Positions 47,631 through 58,668 of a DNA stretch of 64,000 bases are shown here, piece after piece. The notes below the pieces were generated by a model. The model had not been told where the DNA came from. It saw only the letters and a program-made list of their open reading frames with translations, and searched no databases. The DNA is from an uncultured virus (IMG/VR IMGVR_UViG_3300031951_021468). Lineage: Duplodnaviria; Heunggongvirae; Uroviricota; Caudoviricetes. Numbering within the stretch: the stretch's first letter is position 1; each line of letters begins with the position of its first letter. Position numbers and translations under genes: made by a program. The stretch lies in IMG/VR virus record IMGVR_UViG_3300031951_021468, one strand, 5' to 3'.

Positions 47631-48185
47631 CTATCTTCTATGCTAATGGCAATGTCATACCAATTAAAAACCTTTGTTTGGTTATATGCACGATCAAGGA
47701 CCTCTAGTTCAGCTTGTACATTTGGTGTGTGATCGATAAATGTACAATCAAAATTACTGAAGTCAAATTTATTAGCATCGGCAATAATTAATTTTGCTTT
47801 ATGAACATTTTTTAAGTCTAAATGCATATTCCAAACAGCATTGGCTACTCTCATATCGTTTTCTATAATAGTTATATTGCTGATCCTCGGATTCGCCTCA
47901 GCAAATATCAGACCAACTCCAATCCCAAGTCCTGTTAAACAAACATCACCATACATGTCGTCTAATATGCATTTATGGGCGTACAGATCAATCGGAGCTG
48001 TGGCCATCCAGCACATTTTGTCGATGTCTAATATCCAAAAAGGATCGCAATAGTGCTTACCTGCTCTTAAAATAACTCCATCACATTCAGCAGGTTCGAT
48101 CTTGTCGCGAATTAAATCATAGGCAGCGTTCAACCACGATCTTTCTTCGTCAGTATATGGCGTAATGTCTCCAGGTAAAATCATC
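47606..48185 (-). CDS. SAM-dependent methyltransferase-like protein (spermidine-synthase-like)
   Basis: GDVCLTGLGIG...ITIIEND...IIADA. Confidence 0.7.
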
Positions 48186-48186
48186 T

Positions 48187-51100
48187 TTAGAATCCCTTGA
48201 CAAAACTCACAACCATCCATCGACTAAGCGATGATGAATAAACACATCCGATTAAATCGCGCAGGCCACCAGTCGTGGTAAGTGTTATTCCTGTTATATC
48301 TGTCCCAAAAATGAAACTTCCGCTACTCCCCGTGGTTAGAGTTAATGTCCTATTTCCGCCACCGTCTTGAATGACTTCAATCGTAATCTTTTGTCCATCG
48401 ACTGGATTTGTCGGAGCCAGTAGTGTTCTGTTACCCCCTAAAGTCACCCTGAAGTGGTTGCCCAAACTGGCATCTAGTGAGATATTCGCCCCGTCTGTCA
48501 ACACGACAACGCCTGATGTAGCTCTTTGCCCAACGACTAGTTCATCATCCGTTCTCAGTGTGTTTGCTGCTGAGCGATAAAGATTTGTGTCAGCATTCCA
48601 CCAGATGCCTTGCCTTGCCAGCCCTGATGTACCATCAAAGTAGATACCGAAGTTGTTTGTTCCCCGCGTTAGGTCAGCGATCCGAATGCCATAAAGATTT
48701 GTTATCGTTTGGCTTCCCGACGGGTTTTGTATTCGGTAGCCTGTTAGATTTGCAATCGTTCCCGATCCGCTTAATGAAAAGATCGTATCGTAACCTAATG
48801 CATTTGTGGCAGAAGCACTTCCGCCAACAGAGGTATTAAGCTGTGCAGAATAGCCAATCCAATCAGTAATGGTTCCATTAGATGTATTTGTTAGTGTAGC
48901 AAAAGCTCTGGACGCTGCCATGGTGCCAATATTTGCGGTGCCCTGATGCCATACATCGAAATCCATACCGTAAAGAGCGGTAATAGTCCCGCTTTGGCCC
49001 GAAAGTGTTCTTGCTGATCCAAACAGCCCTGCTGCGTATGAAATTGTGTTTGCGGCAGCATTAATCTCTATTCTTCCTGATATACCAACGGGAAATGTTG
49101 AGGTAATTGATCCCGTAACCGAATTTAAGCCCTGTATCGCACGTCGAGTTAAGTTTGAGGAAGTGGTAATAAAACTGAACAACATGTTGTTGTCATCTGG
49201 GACCAAGCCCAATCCCACAGAGCCGTTAAATCTTGACCAACCAGCGTCTACCCATAGAGCATACCTGTTGGTAATTGTCATATTAGCCCCAGCCGCTGGA
49301 GAGTTAGCTATAAATACGGTTGCTGCGTTTGTGGTTGTGACGCCAGTGTTCGTGGCCGCTAAGGTTGGTTGCGCAAATGAGTTAAACACTGCCCATGTAG
49401 CTGTTCCAGATGTTGCGGTGCTGTTGTTTGTTCTTGTTCCAGCCTGAACCCTAAAGAAAGCACCTTCTTGTAACCATGACGCCTGAGAGCCAGTTGACGG
49501 GTTAATATGAAGTGTAGCACCTGGTGTATTAGTTCTTATTCCTAAGCGGTCGTTTGTGTCATCCCAGAAAAGATTTGCATTGTCTTGCGAATATGTTCCA
49601 CCAGAACCTGCAAAAACAACACTCCCCGCCGTAAACGCAGTTCCAGTCCCAGTCCCACCGTTTCCGACCGCAAGTGTGCCCGTGACCGCGGCGGCTTGTG
49701 CAAGATCAATTGCACCAAAAACTGGCGCTCCGCCAGCCCCAGGAATTCGTAAGACTTGGTTGGCAGTGCCAGCAGCTGTCACATTAAAAGGAGATGCTCC
49801 ATTCCCGAGCAAGACACCATTTGAGGTGAACGTTCCCGCACCACTTCCACCGCGGCCAACAGAAAGCTGGCCGCTCCACCCAAGTGTATGAGTGTTAGAA
49901 CCTGATGTAATTGTAACGTTTGTATCATTTGCAAACGTTTGTGTGTTTCCTGTCTGACTATTAAGGCTTGTAATTCCTGTATCAGTATCTGCAGCCCATC
50001 CCAATGCAACTGTGACAGGGTCAGTTCCCGACACTGACGTCGCTTTTAAGACATCATTGAGAGAGGGCGCAGACGCTGGAAGAGTATAGTTAATCGTGAC
50101 CGTCTGTGACCCAGGCACAAAAGAAGTGAATTTAGTATCAGCAGAGTTGTTGAAACGTAATTCATTTGCTGAGCGAATTTCAACAATGTCTGGAATCCCA
50201 AGAATATTGGCTCCAGAACGATATAACTGGACATCACCGCCGATGAGCACGCCTGCTGCAGCGCCTGTTGTCGAAAGTGCCAGTTGTCCTGTTGATGAAG
50301 TAAATGCAAAAGCATTACTCTGTGAATATACGCCCGACGATCCAGCGAAAACAACATTGTTTTCTGTAAATGCTGTCCCCGTGCCCGTGCCGCCATTGGT
50401 TACGGCAAGCGACCCTGTAACAGCCGCGGTTGATGAAATATCAATTGCCCCGAATGCGGGAGCGCCACCCGCTCCAGGAACTCTCAATACTTGGTTAGAC
50501 GTCCCCGCCGCCGTGGCTGTAATTGCCGATGTGCCACTTCCGAGTAAAACACCGTTGGAAGTAAATGTACCAGCACCTGTGCCGCCACGAGACACTGCAA
50601 GTTGCCCAGTCCATCCAAGAGTATGAGTATTAGATGATGAAGAAATAGTAACATTTGTATCATTGGCAAATGTCTGTGTTCCTCCTGTTTGGCCATTTAA
50701 GCTTGTAATTCCTCCACCAGACGGGGTTCCCCAGCTTAAAACAACCTCATATGGGCCTGAGCCAGATATGCTTGAGGCTGTGAGCACTTGGTTAGTGCTT
50801 GGGTGTGCCGATGGTAAAACATATGTGACATTATTTGCAATTGCGTCAGGGGATTTAAAAGATATGAAATTAGAGCCATTCGCATCAAGCTCTCTAAAGC
50901 GCAACTGGCCAGTTTCTCCTGCTCCAACACCAGGTGGATATATGTCTATGCCATGGTCGACTCCAGACAGTAATTGTATCGAACTAACTGAAGAAATTTC
51001 GAGTCCGCCAGCTTCTTCTCCTGAACCATAAATTCTTCCGCCCAGCAAACCTGACAAAGATGAATGCCCGAGCTGTATTGATGTTACGCCTCCTTGCTTA

Positions 51101-53001
51101 ATAGAAACATGATCTGAATAACCGTCGCCATCAATAATTAATTTGCTTGTATCTGCATGCCATAAAATATTTCCAGTGTTGCCATAAATGGTTATATCCC
51201 CATGGCTAGAAATAACAAATCTATCGCTGTGGGCATTTGCCCCCGACCCTGATCCACCTGGGGTAGCTGTCTGAAAAACTATATCTCCACTTTGGCCAGT
51301 GCCAGTTCCAGAGCCACTTCTTATGGTTAAATTTGCGCCACCGATATTAGTTCCTAAGCCAGAGGTTGCTGATATCGTAGTTGAAATAGGCGAGGCTGAT
51401 GCTGCACCATTACCAAACCAAATAATTGGGCCAGCGTCAATTCTCATTCGTTCAACACGACTTGCAGAGCCCAATGGCGTGGTTTCAAAAGTTAAATAAG
51501 AGCCTTCTGACGAACCAAAAGACCAAGTTTGGCCAGCAAAAGCCTGTATTGCTGCTGCATTATGCTGAGATGAATAATTGGCTCCATCAGCCCCTCCCAT
51601 CATGATACCACCAAGTCTATTACCATTAACGATCAATCCAACATCGCCTTGGTGAAGTGATATTACCGAGCCCTCATTCAGCCCTGAAGATGTCGTGTTT
51701 AACGCTCTAATAATTGAGCTTGCTCCAGTTCTGACATCTAGCGGCATTTGCGGCGTAGCATTGCCAAGTCCCAGGCGATTATTAGAGTCGTCCCAAAATA
51801 AATTCGCATTATCTTGTGACAATGTGTTACCTGATCCCACGAAAATAACCGAACCCACAGTTCCGCCACTTAATGGATCGCCTATAGTGCTTCCTATAAG
51901 ATTATATATAGTTCCACTTGATCTAAAATTAAGCGCACTGCCAGTATACCAAAGGTCTCCATTAGACGGAGAGCTTGGAGCAGAAGCATTTCCAAAGAAG
52001 ATTTGCGGGCCTGACGCCCCTCCTGGGTTTAAAAGAGAAAGGACGCCTTGTCCACTAATTTTAAGTCTTTCGCTGTAGCCAGCGCCCGCGGCAAGGCCAA
52101 AATTTAAAAAATCACCCGTGTACGAAGAAGCAGCATTAATCGCAATGTATGTGCCACTAGAACTTCCATTGAAAAAACCAGCGGTTGATCCATCAAAGGC
52201 ACTTGTGGCACCTATTTCGATGGCCGCGCCACTTGATTGTCCAAAAGGCGCACCAGTAATTGATAATATATGATTAGTGCTAACGCCTGATGTTGGATTA
52301 TAACTAAAGGTATGTCTACTAGACCAAGACGGCGAATATGCCACATCTAGCTGCAAATTACCTGATGAAGTGATTGGTGCATTTGATATTAAATCAGTTA
52401 TAATCCCATTACTGCCACCAATAGAAGAAACTGTTCCAGCGCCTTTGTTTCCTATATATCTGTAACCTACTATTTTAAAAGGCGCTCTTGACGACACGCT
52501 TCCGCTATCTGTGCTTGCATTTCTAAAAATTAGAATACCAGTTTGATAATCAAAGTACCACTGACTTGCATCTCCCTTTGGAATTAATATGTCATCTTTA
52601 TCATACACTTTGATTTCATAGCCTAAACCAGGGGCCGTGCCAGGGGCATCATATTTATCTGAAACCCAATCCATTAATCGAGAAGACTCAGATAAAGTTG
52701 TGCCGTTGTTAGCAGTCACAGTATTTGTGATTGTCGTCGCAAACCATGCTTGTTGATTAGGAACTGATAGGTCTTCTATCAAAGTAAGTCTATCGGCATA
52801 ATCATAGACTTCAATTACAGATGTGGTTGATCCAGGCGGCACACCAGGAACACTATCTGTCCAAATTTCATCAGCACTCACATTGATGGTTTTTGCGCCG
52901 CGTTCTTCATTAATCCCCTTTCCAAGATTAGTGGTTACTCTTTTGTTATTAAGCTTCTTAAAAGCAATATCTGTTTCGTTCCAAGGCATAAAATTAAGCA
53001 C
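48187..53001 (-). CDS. Long tail-fibre-like virion protein
   Basis: 1604 aa, G/S/T rich, GGTG repeats, FWDD.N.RLG, ERMRI, internal duplication. Confidence 0.8.
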   Translation of the reverse strand: MLNFMPWNETDIAFKKLNNKRVTTNLGKGINEERGAKTINVSADEIWTDSVPGVPPGSTTSVIEVYDYADRLTLIEDLSVPNQQAWFATTITNTVTANNGTTLSESSRLMDWVSDKYDAPGTAPGLGYEIKVYDKDDILIPKGDASQWYFDYQTGILIFRNASTDSGSVSSRAPFKIVGYRYIGNKGAGTVSSIGGSNGIITDLISNAPITSSGNLQLDVAYSPSWSSRHTFSYNPTSGVSTNHILSITGAPFGQSSGAAIEIGATSAFDGSTAGFFNGSSSGTYIAINAASSYTGDFLNFGLAAGAGYSERLKISGQGVLSLLNPGGASGPQIFFGNASAPSSPSNGDLWYTGSALNFRSSGTIYNLIGSTIGDPLSGGTVGSVIFVGSGNTLSQDNANLFWDDSNNRLGLGNATPQMPLDVRTGASSIIRALNTTSSGLNEGSVISLHQGDVGLIVNGNRLGGIMMGGADGANYSSQHNAAAIQAFAGQTWSFGSSEGSYLTFETTPLGSASRVERMRIDAGPIIWFGNGAASASPISTTISATSGLGTNIGGANLTIRSGSGTGTGQSGDIVFQTATPGGSGSGANAHSDRFVISSHGDITIYGNTGNILWHADTSKLIIDGDGYSDHVSIKQGGVTSIQLGHSSLSGLLGGRIYGSGEEAGGLEISSVSSIQLLSGVDHGIDIYPPGVGAGETGQLRFRELDANGSNFISFKSPDAIANNVTYVLPSAHPSTNQVLTASSISGSGPYEVVLSWGTPSGGGITSLNGQTGGTQTFANDTNVTISSSSNTHTLGWTGQLAVSRGGTGAGTFTSNGVLLGSGTSAITATAAGTSNQVLRVPGAGGAPAFGAIDISSTAAVTGSLAVTNGGTGTGTAFTENNVVFAGSSGVYSQSNAFAFTSSTGQLALSTTGAAAGVLIGGDVQLYRSGANILGIPDIVEIRSANELRFNNSADTKFTSFVPGSQTVTINYTLPASAPSLNDVLKATSVSGTDPVTVALGWAADTDTGITSLNSQTGNTQTFANDTNVTITSGSNTHTLGWSGQLSVGRGGSGAGTFTSNGVLLGNGASPFNVTAAGTANQVLRIPGAGGAPVFGAIDLAQAAAVTGTLAVGNGGTGTGTAFTAGSVVFAGSGGTYSQDNANLFWDDTNDRLGIRTNTPGATLHINPSTGSQASWLQEGAFFRVQAGTRTNNSTATSGTATWAVFNSFAQPTLAATNTGVTTTNAATVFIANSPAAGANMTITNRYALWVDAGWSRFNGSVGLGLVPDDNNMLFSFITTSSNLTRRAIQGLNSVTGSITSTFPVGISGRIEINAAANTISYAAGLFGSARTLSGQSGTITALYGMDFDVWHQGTANIGTMAASRAFATLTNTSNGTITDWIGYSAQLNTSVGGSASATNALGYDTIFSLSGSGTIANLTGYRIQNPSGSQTITNLYGIRIADLTRGTNNFGIYFDGTSGLARQGIWWNADTNLYRSAANTLRTDDELVVGQRATSGVVVLTDGANISLDASLGNHFRVTLGGNRTLLAPTNPVDGQKITIEVIQDGGGNRTLTLTTGSSGSFIFGTDITGITLTTTGGLRDLIGCVYSSSLSRWMVVSFVKGF

Positions 53002-55432
53002 CAGTGAGTGAAGTTATTGTCCGAGTATTATTTCTGAATATAATTACAATTCGATATCTACCCAAATTACCAGACCCTGTGGGTCCTGTAGTATATGTTC
53101 CAAAAGAAAAGCCAACAGTACTGCCCGATGTTGTTGTGGAAACTCTGACAGGAATTGCCAAGGCCCTACTACTTCCATCGTTACTATTAGAACCCTGAAC
53201 AACACCGAGGTCAAACCATACAGCGTCATCGTCTAAATATAACAAAATGTTAACATCACCTGTGCCATAGGGAGAAATTTGCGCGGCTGTAAGTGTCCCA
53301 AATGTTATTGTTCCTGTTGAAGCTGATGTTTTGTAAATAAATCTTTGGTACTCTTGATCTCCCGTAAACCCTGGATAATCACTTGAGTCAGGATATTGCA
53401 AGGATGATACATTTGTGCCTGTTATTTTTTGCTGCGCATTTCCGTTGCTTAGTGCCGAAGAAGAAGTCCAGGAAGTCGTTGTGCCTATTACCAATCTTTG
53501 AGCCTCGTCCATAAACACGTCAGATGTATTTGTGGATACTGTTCCGTATGTACAAATGGGCCTGTTTATAGATGCGTTTGATGAAGCAGACGCACCATGT
53601 GCCTTATAAATAGTAACTGTTAAATATTTGTTCGGTGATGCCGAATTGGATGTACTTAATGTGGCCAGGGCAAAATTCACCCCTGTTCGATCATAAGCGT
53701 CAAGATAATTCGGCGTTGATCCTGGATTTAAATTCAGATTTGGCATTCCAGTGCCAGAAATTCTCGCAACTTGTGTGCTATTGTAACATCTGTTAAATAT
53801 GCCAGATGCGGCAGCGAATCGAACTTCAAAAGTGCTGTTTAAACCATAGTGATTAATCCCACTTAAATATTTATTTACGGGAGTATCCTCAGTGGCCGTC
53901 GGGCTTGTAGAAAAAGACGGAGTTGGGTTAGAATTAGAGTGCGTATCGCGCCACACATCTAATCTAAGCGTTTCCCCAGCCTCGGTGGACGAAATACTAT
54001 GCCCTTCCCAACCTTCGGCGGTTTGAGTATAATTAACTTCTGCATTAGCTTTCATCCAAATTGAATTATATATGCCATGATCAGTCACGGTTAGGGACCC
54101 AGATGTTGCTGGTATAGATGGTTCTGTGGTGAGATCAATTGTCGCTGCTGTGGCACCAGATGGGTTCGTGTTGTTATGAATTCTATGATTTACACTTCCA
54201 AAAGTTAATGGCTGTAATTTTCTGCCTGCTCTAAAAGCGCTAGAAGCAGAGGGAGAAGTAAGCTCAATATTGCCACTTAAGTAATAAGTATTGATCGTGT
54301 CACCTGCTGCCACACCAGATGGATACCAATCTGCTGTTAAGCCTGATGAAAGCTTAACAGAGTAAAATGTAGGCATGGAAATTTGAGTAAGTGCATTACC
54401 TGTAAGTAAGCCAGCTTTGACTGGAGCGATATCTTTAAGTAATTCATTTACGTCGTCAAAGGCGTTAGATACATCAGTTGATGATGTCCAAGAATCAAAA
54501 AAGCCATCACTATAAACCCCATCAGATGGCGTACCAATTTGTCCTCCAAGCGCAGGCTCCCATTGTGGTGCGCCACTCACAACTGTTAAAACTTCGCCGC
54601 TTGACCCAATGGCGAGCCTGCTCCAAGCCGACCCTGAGTAATATAAAATGTCGCCAGTAGCCTGACTTCCTATAGTTAGTTTTGACGCATCAAATGTTTG
54701 GCCGCTGGCAAAACTGATCGCTTGAGAAAATGTGTGTGCTCCCGTCCAGTTAAAATTATAAGCCTGGTCTACAGAAAGAGTTCCAGTAGAAGTAATGGGG
54801 CTGCTGGGAGAAGCTGCAAGGCCATTGCCAGAAGAAATACTTGTGACGCCTGACGAACCCACGTCCACCCATGCAGAGCCATTGTGAAGCCTTAATTTGT
54901 TAAGACTTGTGTTGAAATACACGTCTCCCGCAGAACCAGAAACAGGGTCTCCTGCTTTATTCCCAAATCTAAGCGTGGCAACACCCATGGAGATATCCCC
55001 AGTGATAGGATCGTTGCTGCCATCAAGTTTTAAGTACCTGAGGTCTGCTTGTGCCTCGGTAAGAGACCCCATTTGCCCCACATCCAGCCAAGACCCGCCA
55101 AGATAAATTTTAAGAGTTCCATCAGATGTGTTGACGTATGCGGCACCTTCAGCACTTTGGGATGGATCGGTGGTGGACGTGTGCAGCCTGAGCCCATAGG
55201 CTCCACCAGTCGGAACAAATTGAAGATTCCCAGTAAATGTGTCCCCAGATTTTAAAACATATGTGTTTGGTATGACAGAAAGAGTGAAAGTTTTGCCTGA
55301 CAAGCCAAGTTGTAAGCCATCTGTAGCCGAAAATATTAAATCGCCACGAACCCCGTTCACTGACGTTACAACATCAGTGCCAACAGAACTACCAACTATT
55401 AATCTTGGTGGTATTATAACGAAATTAGGCAA
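52994..55432 (-). CDS. Tail-fibre/virion structural protein
   Basis: 812 aa, VTSVNG, GDVYFNT...GSAW, GDILYY motifs. Confidence 0.78.
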   Translation of the reverse strand: MPNFVIIPPRLIVGSSVGTDVVTSVNGVRGDLIFSATDGLQLGLSGKTFTLSVIPNTYVLKSGDTFTGNLQFVPTGGAYGLRLHTSTTDPSQSAEGAAYVNTSDGTLKIYLGGSWLDVGQMGSLTEAQADLRYLKLDGSNDPITGDISMGVATLRFGNKAGDPVSGSAGDVYFNTSLNKLRLHNGSAWVDVGSSGVTSISSGNGLAASPSSPITSTGTLSVDQAYNFNWTGAHTFSQAISFASGQTFDASKLTIGSQATGDILYYSGSAWSRLAIGSSGEVLTVVSGAPQWEPALGGQIGTPSDGVYSDGFFDSWTSSTDVSNAFDDVNELLKDIAPVKAGLLTGNALTQISMPTFYSVKLSSGLTADWYPSGVAAGDTINTYYLSGNIELTSPSASSAFRAGRKLQPLTFGSVNHRIHNNTNPSGATAATIDLTTEPSIPATSGSLTVTDHGIYNSIWMKANAEVNYTQTAEGWEGHSISSTEAGETLRLDVWRDTHSNSNPTPSFSTSPTATEDTPVNKYLSGINHYGLNSTFEVRFAAASGIFNRCYNSTQVARISGTGMPNLNLNPGSTPNYLDAYDRTGVNFALATLSTSNSASPNKYLTVTIYKAHGASASSNASINRPICTYGTVSTNTSDVFMDEAQRLVIGTTTSWTSSSALSNGNAQQKITGTNVSSLQYPDSSDYPGFTGDQEYQRFIYKTSASTGTITFGTLTAAQISPYGTGDVNILLYLDDDAVWFDLGVVQGSNSNDGSSRALAIPVRVSTTTSGSTVGFSFGTYTTGPTGSGNLGRYRIVIIFRNNTRTITSLTGA

Positions 55433-55475
55433 TTACTTTCTCCGACTTATGTTTTTAATTTTACAGTTTTTTCAA

Positions 55476-57206
55476 TTAACAAAATTCTTCAATCAGAACC
55501 CATGCTGACCAAAAATTAGCTTCTCCGCTATTTTTTATAACAAGCCTTAAAGTCTCGTCGTCGCTTAAAACTGCTTGTTTAAACTCTACAGAGAATCCCC
55601 TTCTAGAATCCTTTTCTATAGTAATCGGAGACACTAGAACGCTAGAGCCATTTTCTAAAACAACATCTATTAGTGCGCCAGAGTCTTGTGTTGGACACTG
55701 CTCGCACAAAACATCAATTCGCGCAATTCTCCACTGAGCCCCAGAAATGATTTTATCTAAAGTATGAGGCATTAAAGTTCTGTTTTTTTGAATTTCCCCA
55801 TTGTCAATAGAATCACCAAACGCAATCCTAATATAATGGGATGTGCGCAATAATTTAGAATCATTTTCAGGTTGCGAAATGCAAATGGTTTTTGCGCCTG
55901 ATCGATAATACAAGTGGTCATTTTGTCGCCACAAATCTCCACTGGCATGATTTTCATAATCATTATTCTCTGCAATCGATAGCCCTTTAGCCATAATTGG
56001 AGGCTTGGAAAATCCAACTGTATTGTCAAAAACATGTTGTCCTTGCCACACGGGATTAAATTTTTCAGTTGAATCAACTTCCAATCTCACTAATCCATCT
56101 TTTTCAAAACAAAGTATGCCTTCATTAGCCTCAACTCTCATCACTGATGGCTCCCAAGCTGGAGGATTGCCCACACCCTTGCTAACTAAGACAAGCCCAT
56201 TGTTGCCCTGATCTAATCCTATCATCGAAGACTTGTCATTTAATATGACTAGAGAGCCAGCTGTAAAACTTGATAAATCCCTACCAGTCCCACCGCTCTC
56301 CAGATTTAAAATTCCATTTATCCCAGATGATTTCCCAGTAATATCTTCGCCATGCAAAACAATGGATTTACGTTTTTTACCATCAACATAAATTAGCCCA
56401 TTATCACCAAATTCAAAAGAATAAGATTTTTTAGCCAGCTTGTCTAATTCGGGTATTTTTTTCCAAACAGGCACGCCGTTTGAAACTTGTAGAAAGCAAT
56501 TTTCTTTTCCCTTTGTTGAAAGTTTTGACAACTTGTTTTCAGACGATGCATAAAGAATATCCCCCACGGCAAACTTGCTTATTCCCGTGCCACCCGCAGT
56601 AGTGTTAATTGTGCCTAAAATGTGTTTTGAGGGCACTAAGCCCTCGATTAACTCTCCGCTATCATTCCACTGTGCAACAAACTGATTCTCTTTTTCAGAA
56701 TTATCATTATTAATTTGAGACAAGGGCTCTATATAAGAATCATCATTTTGGTCAATATTTAAATTTATACGCTTCCACATTAATTGGCCATGTTCAACAC
56801 AAAGAAATGTTCCGCTTTCGCCCAGGGGCAAGCTCAATATTTTATGACCATCACTTACAAACAATCCTTTTTCAGGCGCAGATGACAACCCTGTGCCACC
56901 AAGATGCAATGGCAGAACACCAGTTACGTGAGACTCTAAATTAACATAGCCCCAAGTTGGCGAGCTGCCAGAAGAAAAAAGCACTGATCCTATTGGCCCA
57001 ATTTTTAGCAGACTAAAACCATTGATGTTGCCAAATAACATATCCCCCGCAGATAGTCTTGCGTTAAACAACGAGTCTGTTGAAATCTTTTGATCAGCGC
57101 AAAAAGACACAGGTCTGACAAAAGCATGACTACCCGTCCATGTGAAATTAGCACCCGTATCTATGGAAATCTTATTATTTGATATTTTTATGCCAAAATT
57201 ATCCAT
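55476..57206 (-). CDS. Tail-fibre-like protein
   Basis: GVLP..LGGTG and GDILYA repeats. Confidence 0.72.
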   Translation of the reverse strand: MDNFGIKISNNKISIDTGANFTWTGSHAFVRPVSFCADQKISTDSLFNARLSAGDMLFGNINGFSLLKIGPIGSVLFSSGSSPTWGYVNLESHVTGVLPLHLGGTGLSSAPEKGLFVSDGHKILSLPLGESGTFLCVEHGQLMWKRINLNIDQNDDSYIEPLSQINNDNSEKENQFVAQWNDSGELIEGLVPSKHILGTINTTAGGTGISKFAVGDILYASSENKLSKLSTKGKENCFLQVSNGVPVWKKIPELDKLAKKSYSFEFGDNGLIYVDGKKRKSIVLHGEDITGKSSGINGILNLESGGTGRDLSSFTAGSLVILNDKSSMIGLDQGNNGLVLVSKGVGNPPAWEPSVMRVEANEGILCFEKDGLVRLEVDSTEKFNPVWQGQHVFDNTVGFSKPPIMAKGLSIAENNDYENHASGDLWRQNDHLYYRSGAKTICISQPENDSKLLRTSHYIRIAFGDSIDNGEIQKNRTLMPHTLDKIISGAQWRIARIDVLCEQCPTQDSGALIDVVLENGSSVLVSPITIEKDSRRGFSVEFKQAVLSDDETLRLVIKNSGEANFWSAWVLIEEFC

Positions 57207-57431
57207 CTGATCGCCCTTATTGCTTACTTTTTGAAAGCAAAAGATGTATTTTATTATTCAGCAAATACAAGATCAGGGCCTACATTCAGAAAATTTGAAA
57301 AAAACAAAAAAAATAACTTTTGAGAAGGTATAGATTGTAAAGTTTAAGAAAAGGTGACAAAGAACATTTTCTAGAATGTGATAATGTGGCACGCTTCAGC
57401 GGGCTGCTTACTACAGGAGAACGAAACTTAA

Positions 57432-57863
57432 ATGCCTAACTACCCTTCATCTTTCATAAGCGGGACTGCTCCTGGCGAGCGTTCCGTAAATAACATCACG
57501 GACAATCGTGAAATTAAGAACATTACTGTCAACACAATTGGCCAGGCTGGGCCTTATCCCACCGACCAATCCAGAGGTACTACCGATCTGACAGATTCCA
57601 CGGCCACTATCGAAGATTTTGACACAGTTATTCAAACTCTTGAAACAGAAATAAATGCTTATCAAGCTGCAATTGCTACTACTAGCGCAATTGAAAAGGA
57701 TTACATTGCTAACGCTCTTTCTTTGACACTTGTTACTCTGACGCAAAAAGCTGAAGAATTCGCTTTTGCGCTTAACCGCCTTACCGAAGATGTATCACTG
57801 ATTGATACCAAAGGCTCGCTTCCTGCATCTAGATACCCATCTGGATGGAATAGAGGCTATTAA
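57432..57863 (+). CDS. Hypothetical protein
   Basis: 143 aa, AGGAG SD, followed by a terminator. Confidence 0.75.
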   Translation: MPNYPSSFISGTAPGERSVNNITDNREIKNITVNTIGQAGPYPTDQSRGTTDLTDSTATIEDFDTVIQTLETEINAYQAAIATTSAIEKDYIANALSLTLVTLTQKAEEFAFALNRLTEDVSLIDTKGSLPASRYPSGWNRGY

Positions 57864-57884
57864 AAAAGCCGTAAGCCGTCCGTT

Positions 57885-57917
57885 AAAAAAGCCGAAAGTA
57901 AAACTTTCGGCTTTTTT
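57885..57917. terminator. Bidirectional intrinsic terminator
   Basis: AAAAAAGCCGAAAG-loop-CTTTCGGCTTTTTT between convergent genes. Confidence 0.8.
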
Positions 57918-57938
57918 AATTTTCAATTATTGGAAATC

Positions 57939-58667
57939 TTATTCATCAAGCATGGCCCTTGTTGCTTTTTTTGCAAAATCTCTTAGTAGATGCAACCGAA
58001 GACTTACAAATTCAGAGCCAATTTTACCGCCATACAAATCTCCTGGCGTGCTTGCGCACCATTCAATTTGCTCATCAGTAAGTGATTCAATTCGTGGAAT
58101 TATCTCTTTGATTTGAGGAAACATGCTGCTAATTTGAAAATAAACATCCACAGACATTGGCGAATATGGGGATTTGTATTCCTTATCGGTTCCTTCTAAA
58201 ATTTTTTTCAACTCAAATGAATAGAAACACTGCCCATTATTTGCTTTTACAAAAGATTTATCACCTTTAATATAGCCAGGTTTTTTATTTGTAAAGGGAT
58301 TAAATAAAAGCATAGACAATCCATAATTTTTTATAGCATCATTATTGGCCTGCCTTGAGCCCAGAGACACTACACTTGTTGGTGCTGGCATCCAAGAATC
58401 ATCATACTCTGAAGCGCTTACGATATTGGGTTTTACGCCATCTAGGCCTGTGGCATACTCTGATTGAACACATGACAAGCCAATCACATTGCAGAGGCGA
58501 CTATAAGTAACCTCTGCAATGGCTTCTGCAGCCTCGGTATAAACTGTATACCTAGCCTGACCCATCAAGTCCTTAGCCATTGTCTGCCCTCGTCCATGCG
58601 CAATTTTTTCAGGCATGGCATAGGACAAATATCCTCTTAGATCAAGAATCATGGGTTTGTTCAGCAT
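57939..58667 (-). CDS. Hypothetical protein, weak HipA-kinase-like pattern
   Basis: AIAEVTYSRLCNVIGL pattern; catalytic motifs not evident. Confidence 0.55.
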   Translation of the reverse strand: MLNKPMILDLRGYLSYAMPEKIAHGRGQTMAKDLMGQARYTVYTEAAEAIAEVTYSRLCNVIGLSCVQSEYATGLDGVKPNIVSASEYDDSWMPAPTSVVSLGSRQANNDAIKNYGLSMLLFNPFTNKKPGYIKGDKSFVKANNGQCFYSFELKKILEGTDKEYKSPYSPMSVDVYFQISSMFPQIKEIIPRIESLTDEQIEWCASTPGDLYGGKIGSEFVSLRLHLLRDFAKKATRAMLDE

Positions 58668-58668
58668 T

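Noticed and set aside
48187..57206. Diversity-generating retroelement target repeats
   Set aside because: No reverse transcriptase is present, and repeat differences are not adenine-specific.
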